Part shown: piece after piece, positions 1 through 12,102 of the stretch
Position numbering within the stretch: the stretch's first letter is position 1
Layout of the letters: each line of letters begins with the position of its first letter
Assembly: GCA_030704615.1 (NCBI GenBank)
Contig: CM060734.1
Span: 62,434,001 to 62,498,000, forward strand
Reading direction: 5' to 3'
Length of the DNA: 64,000 nt
Origin: Takakia lepidozioides
Lineage: Eukaryota > Plantae > Bryophyta
Notes under the pieces: model-generated
The model's database searches: none
What the model saw: only the letters and a program-made list of their open reading frames with translations
What the model was told of the DNA's origin: nothing
Position numbers and translations under genes: made by a program

Positions 1-780
1 TTTAGATTATAATAAGAAAAAAGGTCCGTTTGTCTAGAATTGGATGTCCTAGCGGCGTGCAATTCTTTTTGAATTGATAAACATTTTGAATGCAAAAGAG
101 TAGTTGAGGTTGTTGTTCAATATAAAGCTGAATAATATGTAGTGCAGCATTAACTTCTGAAAATAATACTGCGGACTCTTATGGAATTAAAATTTCCTCT
201 TCGTCATGCTCCTCGACTTCTTCCACTGGACCAACCATGTCCCAAATCTCATCATCTTTTGGTTGAAATGGCTCGTTTAAATCAAACTGAGCCTCAAAAT
301 TAAGAAACTCCAAGGCATCCATGGTCGGAGCCTCAACATCATGAAGGATGGAAAGCTCAGCGATGATGCAAAAGTCCATCAATTTCATCCAACTCTACAT
401 TTGTACTTGATCCGGAAGCATCACCAATCTCCGTTCCGGAGAGCCCATTCAGGTTCACAGAGGTTGTTGAAAGTAGGAAGACTACATAGTAATAAAATTA
501 TTCTAAGTGTTTAGAGCAACAGAAGCAAGTAGGAAGTACTCTATATTTTTTGAAGCACGTGCATTTCAACCTTTTTGACCTTCCAGCAAAATCTAAGCCT
601 ATAGAACTTCCCAGGATTGGAGTTGCATAATGACACCTAACAAATAGAGACTATGACTTTCCGTTATTTAACAAATAACACTCTTTGACTCATTCCAGTG
701 TAATATTCTACAGAGTATAAAAAACGTAACAATAAAAGAGATATAACAAGAGGGAGGTAACATTTAAAGAGGGTCGACAG
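1..780 (-). mobile_element. Internally deleted pogo-like (Tc1/mariner) DNA transposon, one end plus transposase C-terminal remnant; runs off the window
   Basis: Terminus GTAACATTTAAAGAGGGTCGACAG followed by TA at 781-782. Bases ~670-780 align with the right end of the pogo MITE (~15483-15594). The minus strand has an acidic ORF (179-388, DDEIWDMV..EEHDEEE) and a PIP-box-like QTDLFSYY at 9-32, both typical of pogo transposase C-termini. Confidence 0.7.
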
Positions 781-856
781 TAGATGGGTGATTAGCCGTA
801 ACTAGCTGGGCAGCTGACTAACTCTTCTCACTTATCATAATCGTCGTCAGCGAAGC

Positions 857-873
857 TATAAACCCCAAACCCT
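857..873 (+). promoter_or_regulatory. Candidate TATA box and telo-box-like motif upstream of the NFD6-like gene
   Basis: TATAAA at 857-862 followed by CCCCAAACCCT, ~50 bp upstream of ATG 911. Confidence 0.4.
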
Positions 874-910
874 CTTCGTCTCGCTGTGCATTGTGGTTGA
901 AGGATCGGCG

Positions 911-1777
911 ATGGCGGGTGTGAGCAGAGGCGTATCGAGGTCCATACTTTCTTCTACAAAGTCTGCATTTCGCATTTGTAGTAAACCCAGCGAGACTGTA
1001 TCAGGATCGAGGCGGGGCATGACACCCACGAGCATGCCGCCATCGCTGCCAGCTCCCTTTTCTCACAATCGCTCTGCCAAGTCGTTCTTGGAGACCCGGC
1101 GGCCTTCTTCCTTTTTCTTCAGGTAGCTATCTAGATCTTTGAGACTTTCATCTTTTGCGGAGAGAGAGAGATGGCACCGGGTGTATTGAAAAGCTTGGTG
1201 GGCAAAGACACTAGAATTTGGTTTTAAAAAGCATAAACGCATGCAAAATGAACCAGGAGCCATCAGAGATTGGGCAAGCGTAGGGAGCGAGAGGCTTGTG
1301 AGGTGGACGACGGAGGGGGTTAAATGAAGGTGAGCATCCAGAGGATGTTGGTTGTAGCATTAGGTGAACTGTAGTAATGGACGAACCAATTGCGGCTTTG
1401 TCTTAAGAGCAATAGGTACGATTGTCATGTTGCATCGAAGCATCCCCTGACTGCTGATGTTTCCCGCTGGGGAATCCTCTGGTTGTTTTTGCATTCTATT
1501 CTTCATTTCTATCGTTCTCTTCCACCAGGCGCTGAGGTTGTATATTCTAATTGGCAAAATTGGCCCATGGTGCACTGAATTGGCAGACTGTTGGTTTGTT
1601 TCCTTGGGGGTGGATCGGTGGAGCTGGGCAAACAGGTTACCGGGTGAGGTGGCATGTACACTGTCCTTGCTGCCATTGCACAGTGCTACCGCTGCTTCAC
1701 GTATGGTGCCTCAGCTCAGCACCACAGCTGGCACCCTGCTCCAGGGTACGCTCACCCACATGTCTCCTGATCGGTAG
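911..1777 (+). CDS. NFD6: NUCLEAR FUSION DEFECTIVE 6-like small organellar protein (2+ exons)
   Basis: Exon 1 911-1122 (Ser/Arg-rich, transit-peptide-like), GT-AG intron 1123-1635, exon 2 1636-1777 encoding RLPGEVACTLSLLPLHSATAASRMVPQLS, which matches the NFD6 family motif (R.P.E..C..SLLPLHS..A.A). The last exon is uncertain because of an alternative donor at 1746. Confidence 0.8.
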
Positions 1778-4700
1778 TGTGCGTTGCTAATCTCCCTCTT
1801 TTCTCCCACTCTTTTGATTGGTAGCTTCTTTCCTTGCAGGATCCATAGTTGCCTTCTGCACTATAAGACAATCATGATTTTACCTTTATTCATGAATTGG
1901 TATGTCTGGACCATTTGCTGCAAATGGTCACAGTTATCATTGTTACCCCTCTTGGTCGTCTTCCAAGGCATGTCTGGTGCCCTTCCCTCCTTTCTTCTCC
2001 TCCCCTCTTCATCTCTTTGTGTTTGCATTGACTACATTTGGTCTTGCCGTTCTGTCTCCACAGCGAGGAAGTCAAGACATCTCTCTCCCCCAATACCGTT
2101 TGGCTGTCTGGCTGCTTAACTTTCGCATGCTTGCTCTTAAGGCCCCTTCACATTGATCAGGAGTTGTCACTCTGACAGGCAATTTTGTGTACGACCTTAA
2201 AATAATGAGAACTTGTGCCTCTATGTTCTCATCACCTAGGAAGTGCCATCTCTGTCCTACCGCAGAGTTCACAAATCCTGCATGGCAATCCCTAGTGAAT
2301 GTGTAGAGGCCCCAATGCCTTCCTTTCTCTTTTCCTAGAGCATGAGCTCAGACATCATGTCTCACAATCCCCTGTAATGGGATATGTGTGTTTCTTTGTT
2401 ATCGTGTCAGGAGTGTGAATTGTGCTCTTGAGACCTTGTAAGGTTTCTTTCTGGCTATAGGTGTATGTCCATATATGTTGCATCAATGATTCTCTCAAGC
2501 AACAGGTTTTTCCGTTTGATGTAATTTGATCACTCAATGTACAGATCGCAGAGATTAGCACATTAGGGACTGCTGTCAGCCCAGGGTTATAGCTCTATGT
2601 GAGTTGCGGTCTTTGGCAATGCCTGATTAGCTTATGGGCCTAATCAGTCTGGCATTGCTATGGCTCATTGGTTGAAGACTACTCATACAGACAGAAAATC
2701 TGGATGAACTCTGACTGGCCATCATGTGAGCTCAAAATTTACTGGGCTCTCGCATTGATATACTTTCGGTGAGTCTGTAGACCTGTTGCATTCCCATCGA
2801 GTCAACCGTTAGAATATGAAGATTCTTTGGATGGAGTAAAATGTTCCTTGCATCCTTGCATATTCCACATAATATGCACTGATGGTTTTCAACAAGTTTG
2901 AGTCATCCAGTGCTTGTGAACCTTTCTATAGGCTGCTTACTGGAGATAAAGCCCTTGAAGGTTTGTGAAGGTGAAGTGGGATTTAAGCAACTATAAGTTA
3001 GACTTCCTTGGCCTTCAGTATATTGGTTGTGGCAGGGCATCTCACAATTGGATCGACCAACAATTTGTGGTTTCGGACATTGTACTCAGAAGTTTACAAT
3101 TTGTAATCTTCTGAAAATCAGCCACATCTCTGTTGTCCCTCCTCCTTTACAATAAGGACAAAAAGCTAAAGTATCTCCCATCGAAGTGGAATTGTGTTGG
3201 GCATGAAGAATCAGGACACCACTAACAAAGATCTTGTGCATCTGTTAATTTGGAATCTTGGGTCTGTTCTTACTCTAAACCCTGTCAGTGTTACCCTTGA
3301 AAGTAACCCAGTTGGAAAAGTGGAAGTTTGAAGCTCACCAGCAGCGTGGGCTGATGGGTATGCATGAATCAGATGATGAAGACGGCACATAGCGCATGTG
3401 CGGGCATCCGTTTAAATGGGTACATGGGTATGCTGTCCCATCATGGCACATCATATACCACATAACATTATTTAGATCATATCATTACACATGTCACAAG
3501 GCATGGCTGGTAATGCCCATGTATTTTTTGATGTTGTTTAGATGACCGTGATGGCACGTGATGGACGCATCGATAAGTTTCAGCCTGGGACACACTGATC
3601 CTGGAGGCTGCTTTGAACCTGTGAGGGTTGTTCCCATGTAGGTCCAGATTTTCACTACCATTTTCCATCTAGGATTAAATTAATGTAACTTGAAATTTTT
3701 GAGATCTCCTGACACTTGGTATATTCCATTTACAAGTGGGCTGTCTCATGAGGGTGGTTGGTATCATCTCTTACTCTGTATTATGTCTTCCTTGTCTGCG
3801 ATTGAGTTGGTGAGTTTGCATCCACGTGTGGTGCTATTCTTTTTGATGAGCATGGGATGGAGAAGCAAATGTGTAGATGCTGTGGTAGAGAAGTAAAATG
3901 GCTGTTCTTGGTTCCTCTCAGGAATGTGGATTATTGACGATAGTTGAGGGTGGTACGACTTCTTGGAACCTTGAAGACTGCCAGGAAGATGGAGGACAGA
4001 CCTGCTCTTACCTTTTTTGCACATGCAAGATTTGCGAGGGTTGTGATTTGATTGTTTACATATGGTTTGCAGCTCATTTGGGCTCGTTGAAGCCGAGGTG
4101 ATGGACGCAATCTGCTACCATCTGCTACAAGTACTGTTAGCTTTACCAGCCATTTTACTTTGTTTGAAAGAGTGGCTGAGTAGGGGAGGGGAGTTGATGA
4201 TAGAAAGTTTATGGAAGTAGTTTTGTCCCGTGCTAGTGAATTCCTTGGATATACACCTATTTATCAAAAAAATTGAACCCCGTGGGTTCTGGAGTTTCAT
4301 CATCAATTTAAATCCATCTTCTATTAGGAGTCAAATTGCTGAGCTGTTGTGGATAGTCACTGATGGTCAGGCTTTTATATGTAGTTTATATAGATCATGG
4401 CTTATTGTAGTGACCAGGGAACTGATATGCGAGTGCTTCAAGGGTTCTCACATCAGAACATGCTCAGGAAGACCCATTCAGTAAGAAAATGAGTGTTGAA
4501 ATACAGGTTTTTGTGAATTTCTGTCAGCAGCTAGAGTCACTTGCCTTACACTCGCAAATAAAATGCGGTCTGGGAAGCTTGGTTGAGTGTTGTGGACAAA
4601 GTTTGAACAACATCAATTGCGCTTAACCTTTTTCAACTCTGCCCAAGGTAGCTCTGACAGGTCTTGGGGACCAGGGTCTTCCCATAGGAGTGTCAAATCT

Positions 4701-5778
4701 CTGAACCAATTGTGTTCTCTAATTGGCTCCAGCTTTCAAGCCTCAGTTCATAACTGCTTGAAGTTGAAACAAAAGGAGCCAGTGGGTTTCCCTTCAATGC
4801 AGCCAGCAGGAGCAGGTTGGTTCCCAAAAAAGTGCGACTTGGACCAGAATCGCAGGCTTCTGTTGCGAGCCCTTCCCACTCAAAGTGCTACATGCTTCCA
4901 TGGTCATTTGCATACTAGATAGTAGCAGCATGAGTCTGTAGTAACATTTCTGGTGATCTTGCACCTGCATGCCATGTACTTGAGCCTTGTTAGGGGGCAT
5001 GGGGGCTCTTTGAAATGCTCAAAAGGACCTCTTCTGGAGCATGTTGTGAACTGGTGTAGAAAGCAAAAAATCTGGACTGGTGTAATACGTTCATGAGCAC
5101 ATGACCAGCTTGCAAAGAGAGAAACAAGCCTCAAACGACGATGGGCTCTCTTGCTTTGGCAAAACATAAGAGGAAGGTAACAGTAGCGAGCATGACTGAG
5201 CACAATTACACCAATTGGAGCCTTGACATGGTGTAAGGTACTTGGACCATATTTTCTCGGTTGACTAGAACACGATGTGTGTCTCTCTCCAAGAGAGCCA
5301 GAGTGTCCTTGGCCACATGAGGGGTAGTTCCTGTGTCAAGAAGCAGATCCATAAGGTCACACATTCTTTGACCCATTTCCCCATTTCAACCCAGAAATGG
5401 CACCAAAAACCCCATCTTGTACAGAAGATGCATGCTTCAATTCGGTGGTGTTTGAAAACTTTTGGCTGCATGAGCTCCACTTTGACTAAATAGAAAGCAG
5501 TGAGCATTTAAGGTGGGTTGACAGTGTACCTTCTTGTGATGGAAGATCCCATTCTTTGTTAGGCACCACAGCAAAATTTACAGGGCACTTTGCCAATCGA
5601 ACTGGGGATCCAATAATGAAAGGTGGCAGTGAACGTCCATCACGTCCATGGCCTATACTACATGGTTGTACAGCTTGACTGACACAAAGACATTGTAATA
5701 GTATGACATGCCACATAGAACTCCACAATATTACACTGCAGTTGGGCCATCAAGTCAAGCCCAATGTTCCATAGGACA

Positions 5779-7566
5779 TCAAGGTCGCCAAAGAGTCTTG
5801 CGCACTGAAGCAGCAGTAGAACCGATGGAGTTGTCAGAGAGAGCAACTGACATTTCGCTCTGGCACAGAGCTGATGTCTTATTGAAGTTTGAGGTCGGGA
5901 GCTTGTGCTGAGTAGTACCACCTTTGCCAGCTCCATGTTGAGAATACACTTTAGGACCTACAAAATGTGAGGTTATCTTATACCTGGAGAGCACTGGAAC
6001 AGGTCCAGCACAGCTTCCAACACTCTCTTCATCATCTTTGGCAGACTCATGGCAGAAGTTTAGACGCCTCGCAGCAAATAACCGAGAGTAATTGAAGGAG
6101 GCTACACTTGTTGGAGAAATTGAGCTTTCAGGTGTGGTAGAATCGGTTGCATTGTTTATCTGTTCACTGCGGTCATTGCGAGGAACGTTCCCTGGGCAGC
6201 CGAGCGGGACAGCTAGACTCAAGATATTGCCCAGAGGTGTAGCAGCTGGGGTCACAGTCTTTTGAAGTGGAGAGGGCCCATTAGTGAGCCGAGGCCCAAG
6301 CATCCCTGCTTCATGTTGTTGCCGCAAGGATAAAGGCCATAGATCAGAGCTTTGCCACCCAATGTCTATCTCACAACTGCCAATCTCTGTAGTGCACATC
6401 CCGACTGTACTCTCTACAGACAAACTCTCGGATTCCAGATGCCTGGGATTTGAATCATTGTCGAAGATGCGATTGTCCCGGGTCCCGTGTGCTCCCATTC
6501 GAGCGGCGCGCTCCAGCCAGCTCCTAACCCAGCTCGGTTTGTCAGGCAGCTTGTCATCAGTCAACCATTCCGGACCTCTCTTCTGCGGCTTGGATTCAGA
6601 CTTGAAGCGCTGAAGAGAGAGTGCGTACTCCATCGCCCTTTCTCTCTTCAGGGTTGCTTCCTGCTTCTTTCGAAGAATGGCTTGGCAATCTTGAGCTGTG
6701 CGCATGCTGCCGTTCCAGCCTTTGGACACTGCAGGTGGGGTGCTTTTCCTGGGTTGTGTATCTGTTCGGGACATCCGCGTACTCACTGCTGTGGCCTCAT
6801 CCAGCTCTTTTTCCAGCCTTCCAATGAGGCCACTTTGAGAGGGAATTGTGTTGATCTCAAGACGTCCTTGATATCTGCGAAAAGCCCCTTGGATCTTGCT
6901 CGCTGCCCAGTTCTCACTTCTATCGTTACTTAAAGTAGCAGCTACAGATTTACTATCACACGGCACTGCCGCAGACTGAACTAAGCTCGGAAAAGCTGTT
7001 GCTTCTATTTCTTCCATCTCAATTTCTGCCTTTGGTTGTTCACCTTCTCTAGATTCTGGAGAACACTTTGGGTCCAGCACTCTTGTTGCAATAAGAGGAC
7101 CGCTGTGCACCATGAGTTTAGGAGGTGTGTCATTTGAGGCAATCGCAACGACCTTTCTACACGTTGCGAGCTTCGGAAGAGGCCCTGATCTATAAACATG
7201 CTTAAATCCTGAAGAAATCTTACTGGGAAGGGGCCCTGATCTAACATACTGTAATCTTGAGGGATTATTCGGTGAGGCACTAGCTAGTGAGCCATCTGCA
7301 GTGCGTGGTTTGACGGATAGCTTATTCAGCTCTTCTGCGCATCCTCTACTGGTGGGGGCTACAAATTTATTAGTGGGCTTACCGATACTCGATGTAAACT
7401 GGGGGTCGTTGACCACATCAGAGATCGGGAGCTCGCCATCAGCATTGGTGACCTCTATCTCTTCATCCACCTGCTCGTCCTCCACAGGCAACCTCCCATA
7501 AGTGCAGCATCCCTGCAGCTGCTTCTTGACAGCCGATGCAGCCCACCTGGTATTCTTCCTCATCAT
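5779..7566 (-). CDS. IQ-domain (IQD-family) calmodulin-binding protein, single exon, 595 aa
   Basis: Uninterrupted ORF with an IQ motif (AASKIQGAFRRYQGR) and the IQD signature blocks GWNGS..ILRKKQEATLKRERAMEYALS and SWVRSWLER. Confidence 0.85.
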   Translation of the reverse strand: MMRKNTRWAASAVKKQLQGCCTYGRLPVEDEQVDEEIEVTNADGELPISDVVNDPQFTSSIGKPTNKFVAPTSRGCAEELNKLSVKPRTADGSLASASPNNPSRLQYVRSGPLPSKISSGFKHVYRSGPLPKLATCRKVVAIASNDTPPKLMVHSGPLIATRVLDPKCSPESREGEQPKAEIEMEEIEATAFPSLVQSAAVPCDSKSVAATLSNDRSENWAASKIQGAFRRYQGRLEINTIPSQSGLIGRLEKELDEATAVSTRMSRTDTQPRKSTPPAVSKGWNGSMRTAQDCQAILRKKQEATLKRERAMEYALSLQRFKSESKPQKRGPEWLTDDKLPDKPSWVRSWLERAARMGAHGTRDNRIFDNDSNPRHLESESLSVESTVGMCTTEIGSCEIDIGWQSSDLWPLSLRQQHEAGMLGPRLTNGPSPLQKTVTPAATPLGNILSLAVPLGCPGNVPRNDRSEQINNATDSTTPESSISPTSVASFNYSRLFAARRLNFCHESAKDDEESVGSCAGPVPVLSRYKITSHFVGPKVYSQHGAGKGGTTQHKLPTSNFNKTSALCQSEMSVALSDNSIGSTAASVRKTLWRP

Positions 7567-7925
7567 CGATGTCGCTACCTCTTACTCTTGAAACACAAAG
7601 CTTTAAACCCAAGATTTACTCCGGAGCGAGAGGTGGCGATGGCACACATCACCACCACAATGAAGAACTTCACGGGGGAGAGATAGTACAACACCGAAAG
7701 GAGGTCTTATCCTCTGCTCTCACTCAAGGCAATGTGGCACTATACGGAGTAGGAAAAAAGACACGCCATGGCAGCTCTCGAAGGCAGAAAACACCACTCC
7801 GCTCGTTAAAGGAAAAGGTTGTGGAGGTCGGGAGAGAGAGAGAGAGACAGTTGCCAGTGAGAGTTAAAGACACACAGTACCGTCCCAGGTACAGGAGATA
7901 AAGTGTAAGAAATCCACAAGAGTAC

Positions 7926-7927
<2 letters not shown>

Positions 7928-7960
<33 letters not shown>
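7928..7960. repeat. (GA)n microsatellite upstream of the IQD gene
   Basis: Direct GA dinucleotide run. Confidence 0.9.
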
Positions 7961-7961
<1 letters not shown>

Positions 7962-8368
7962 AGCTAGACATGTGCGGGGCCACCACCCTCTGTCTGTCTG
8001 TGTCTGTCTGTGCTTGCTGCCTGCTTCCCGGTTCCCAGTGGCCCAGTTATTGCTTATTACCGGTCATCCACCTTTCTCACACACACCACGATGCACGAAT
8101 GAAATGGTGCACATGTCATCCAAAAAGTATCATTCCTTATTACATAGGTCTGCATCAAATGTCCCCTTGACTTGGTCCCCACTTGGGCACATGCTCTTTA
8201 TTATTTTTTGGGTTCCCACTGGATATGAATGTTTTTGTCAATTTGTTATCAGGTTATATATATATTGGAATTTATACATGATTTAGTAGGTTGGTTTAGA
8301 TCTTTACTGTAGGTTAGAGAAAACAGCCATGTGACTCCATTGCCAACATTACTATTCCACACACCACA

Positions 8369-8428
8369 GGGTAGCAGGATTGAACCCGGAATCACCTGGC
8401 TGGCAATCAGTGCTCTATCCAACTGACT
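8369..8428 (-). pseudogene. tRNA-derived fragment (Gly GCC-like pseudogene or SINE head)
   Basis: The minus strand reads TCAGTTGGATAGAGC (D-arm/A box), CTGATTGCCAGCCAG (anticodon arm, GCC) and GGTTCAATCC (T-arm/B box). There is no intact acceptor stem. Confidence 0.5.
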
Positions 8429-9867
8429 GGTGGTTAATTGAATACCTAGCAATCTACGGAATGCTCCCATCATTCATATTCATGCTTTTGGTTTATTTAT
8501 ATTAAAAGAAAAGGCCAGAAACTGACAGGGAGGACAATCATATTAGCAAAAATAGAGTGGTGGCATTTGGAGGCAATGCACAGTTGTAAAGCGGAGTGAG
8601 TGGATGGGGTAGGCTGGTAAGCATGACATACAGCCTCCCCATAAATGCACCGTAAAATCATTATCCCATAACCATTGCGCGGAACGGGAGCAGCCACTGC
8701 ATATATATAGACACACACACAAGGCGAGGGTGTATGCGCAGCTGGGTTGGGAGCGCGAGCGCTGAGTGTGTGGGGAGGAGGGAGGATTCCGCGGGCCTGC
8801 AACAATTCACTTAGTACTTAGGTATGTATTGCTCACAGTCTACGATTTGTGGATGCGGACAGGCTTATTAGCCGAGAGATTATTTGTGGATGCGGACAGT
8901 GTATGTAGTATGTAGTGATAGTACAGGCTGGGAAGCATGTGGGTACATAGTACAGGAGCAGTAATGAAAGGATGGAAGGATGTGATGGATGCCTGCCATG
9001 ATTTTCTGCAACGGGGGCTCCGGTTACCAGAGCAGCTGGCCATCAAGTCCGAGTGCAGCTCGGAGCCGCCCTTTAAGTTACTTGGGGGCTCATCAAAGGA
9101 AGGCGCCGTTCTCGAGGACCTGAACAAACAACCCGACTTGTCTCCAATCATTTGTTTTTTTGGGGGCCCCCTTAATCATTCTGAAGAAGTCAGTTCTCTG
9201 TACCCACAGTGGGCTGTACTGTGTTATGCAGATGCCCCAGAGCGACGTAGCTATTCCAGGAGAGGGAAATTTACGAGGGGGATTTTCTAGCAGTGCGTTA
9301 CATATGAATCAATGGATTTTATGTTTATTTACAATGTGTGCCAGCCACTCCAACATACTACGGAATTGGGTGCGTTCTCTTCTTCCTCTCTCTCGGACAA
9401 ATTTCTATCTGGAGAATATCATTCTTCCCACTACTTCAACCTTGGGGCTCCAGCAAATCATCGTTTTTGGACTGTAAGTACATGATCGCTTCATCATATC
9501 TCTTGTCAACAAACTATCGTTTTTGTGAAATGATGGTTTGAAGTGGTTATGAAATTCCACACTCTGTGCTTGCCAACCTTGTCCAAGCCTCTGCATGATT
9601 GAAAATCAACACGGAAACTGGAACCTCGCACTTCCTACACACATCTTTGACCAGTCTGGCCGGGTACCAGTTCTAATATATATATATGTATATACACACA
9701 CACATACACGAGTAGAGCACGCTGTGGGATCCGACCTAGATGGAGGACCGGCCGGTTATAAAGATCCGGGAAAAAGATTAAATATCTGGCGTAGTAGCCG
9801 TCAACATCCTGCTGATTCCCCCCAATACCAGTCCCAAAATCAATATTATAGACCCACCATTGTTTAA

Positions 9868-10658
9868 CCCTTAAGTTCCCAAGCCCTTTTTTGACATTTT
9901 ACCAATTTTGGGTACCCAGCTGCAGTAAATAGCCCCTAGAAACCTACCAAAAATCATCTAGACATTCCAGCCTTATAGCAATGGGCCCAGCTCATTTATG
10001 CATGACATACCAAAAAATGAGCCAAGTCCACCGTGGAAATTGTGAGATTATAGCGTTGGCCAGGACCTCAAATATCAGGTCCCAAAAAGAAAGTGAGAAA
10101 GAAATTGGTTTAACCAAATCAAAACCTAGCTTTATCCAATTTTGCTTGCCCCAAGACCCACCATTTCCAAATCAATAGTAGAGTGGCTATGACCCCACTA
10201 AATCGCAGGTCCAACTGATTTTTTCACCTATGGTTGCTATGCATGCAATTACATGGGGGTTGATATCTCAAAATTGACAAGAGAAAATGTGCCTCCAAAT
10301 GAAGTACTTTTTTCTCTACAAATTTTTTAAAACCAATGGTGGATGTGTGTATGTAATGCTCACACACCACAAGGTGAAGTGCTTTTTCCAAAATTGCTAA
10401 TTTTCTGCCAAAAATGGCCTTTGGAGTGCAATCTGTTTTGGGCTTGTTTACTGCCACGTCAGCGGTCAACAAGCCCTTTTCAGGCCCCAAAACGTAAATG
10501 AGATATCTAAGATATTTTTGTAGGTAGTAGCTTTTGTTTTTTTTAAGTTTTGTTTTTTGCATCATACTCGAGACGACCCCATCAGATTAGATCTGCAAAA
10601 ATTAGGTCGACCTGCAAATTCAAAGTGACCTGATTCAGGTCGCTTGGGAACTTAAGGG
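9868..10658. mobile_element. Non-autonomous piggyBac-type DNA transposon (MITE-like, 791 bp)
   Basis: Perfect 17-bp TIRs CCCTTAAGTTCCCAAGC (9868-9884) and GCTTGGGAACTTAAGGG (10642-10658), flanked by TTAA at 9864-9867 and 10659-10662. The interior is AT-rich with no recognisable transposase. Confidence 0.85.
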
Positions 10659-12102
10659 TTAACCCCTACAGGACAAGCTAAATTCCAACACTTTTGGACA
10701 AAAAGTGTATATACCACTGTTGGCCGGTTATAAGAATTTTCCATATCCGGTGATTAAGGTTACTTCAATATTTTTGGGATGGACACACTCCATTGGTTAT
10801 ATATAAGGGTAAATTTTTTATTTTAGTATATCCACCGGTTATCTATTTTACAAAATTCTTCAAATTTAGACGGTTATGAATAGGACGGTTAGGGTGTCCT
10901 AAAATTGGCGGATATATATGCCATTGGCGGTTACATATAATATATTGAATGGGGTATTTCTCAATTCACACATGACATCCCTAGGGGCTCCAGGGTGCAG
11001 CAATTGTGTGTGCATGACGTCCTATAGCTGCGTCCACTAGCCTCTCATGCTGAAGCTTAGTTGCTTCTGCAGGCCAGTCTATGTAATTACTCCTTCCTAC
11101 CGTCTGTCCTAGTTGATAGACTTGAAAGTGCTCTCAAGTCCACTGGCTCCTTGGCCTATCTACCACCCGGATACACTGAAGAGAGCCAGGGTTATAAGTT
11201 ATAAGCCTGCCTGCCATGGTCTTCGCCAACACCCTTTTACTAAGTTCCATTGATTTCAAATTAGGATTGATAAATTTTTGACCAGGGATCAGCGATGCGG
11301 TGTTCTATCATAACCAATTCATCCACAGCTCGAGGTTGGTTTCCCTTCGATTTGTTCGAATTGTCTTCATGCCATCTACTACAAGTTTTCTCGGCCCTTC
11401 CACAAAAACTTGGACCTGCACAACAGGCATCTTGAATGGAGAAAACCAAAGGGTCTGAAATCATCTCAATGGCAACTAGCAGCAAAACTGATTGCTGCCC
11501 AAACCCAACTTCCACTTTGCTTGTTCAACCAAAGCATAAAAAAAATCTGTCAAAAATTGCATAGATTGCAGCAAGGCCTACATGTTCACACAGTAGTCGT
11601 CGTCAATGTTCACTTTGAAGGCCTTTGCTAACTTTGCAGAAAGTTTTTCATGGACTGTATCGTACACATGCTCGCTCTAGTCATCCCCTGTCTTAGACCC
11701 CAAGGCGTCATTGATACCTCCCTGCATCACTTAACCTTCTCTAATCAACCCTTGTAAACAATGCATCTCTTCAACCTGAACTCAACTGATTGAATGCAGG
11801 GACCTCCATATAAGATGCTAATGATCAACCAGACCTGTGTCAATAGCATTACCTATGCAATTGTGAGTGACCTAGTAGCAAATAGCTTATATCCGGACAA
11901 TGACAAACCAATGGCTGCTTTCAGCCCTGCCCCTCCCAGAATCGGGTGTAACGCTAGGATTCCAACCTTTACTGCAACCAGCCATAACCACCAAACACAG
12001 TATACACCTGTTGGAGTAGGAAGATATTGGAGACATGTAACAAACAATTGAGCACGGTATGTGCACTAACAAGAGAACTTTGGTTCAAGCCAGATATGAG
12101 AC

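Noticed and set aside
6284-7501. Plus-strand ORFs overlapping the IQD gene
   Set aside because: Antisense shadows of the 595-aa ORF with no recognisable motifs.
8937-9477. Overlapping 100-117 aa ORFs as a possible gene
   Set aside because: No recognisable domain or consistent splice structure; cannot be supported without a search.
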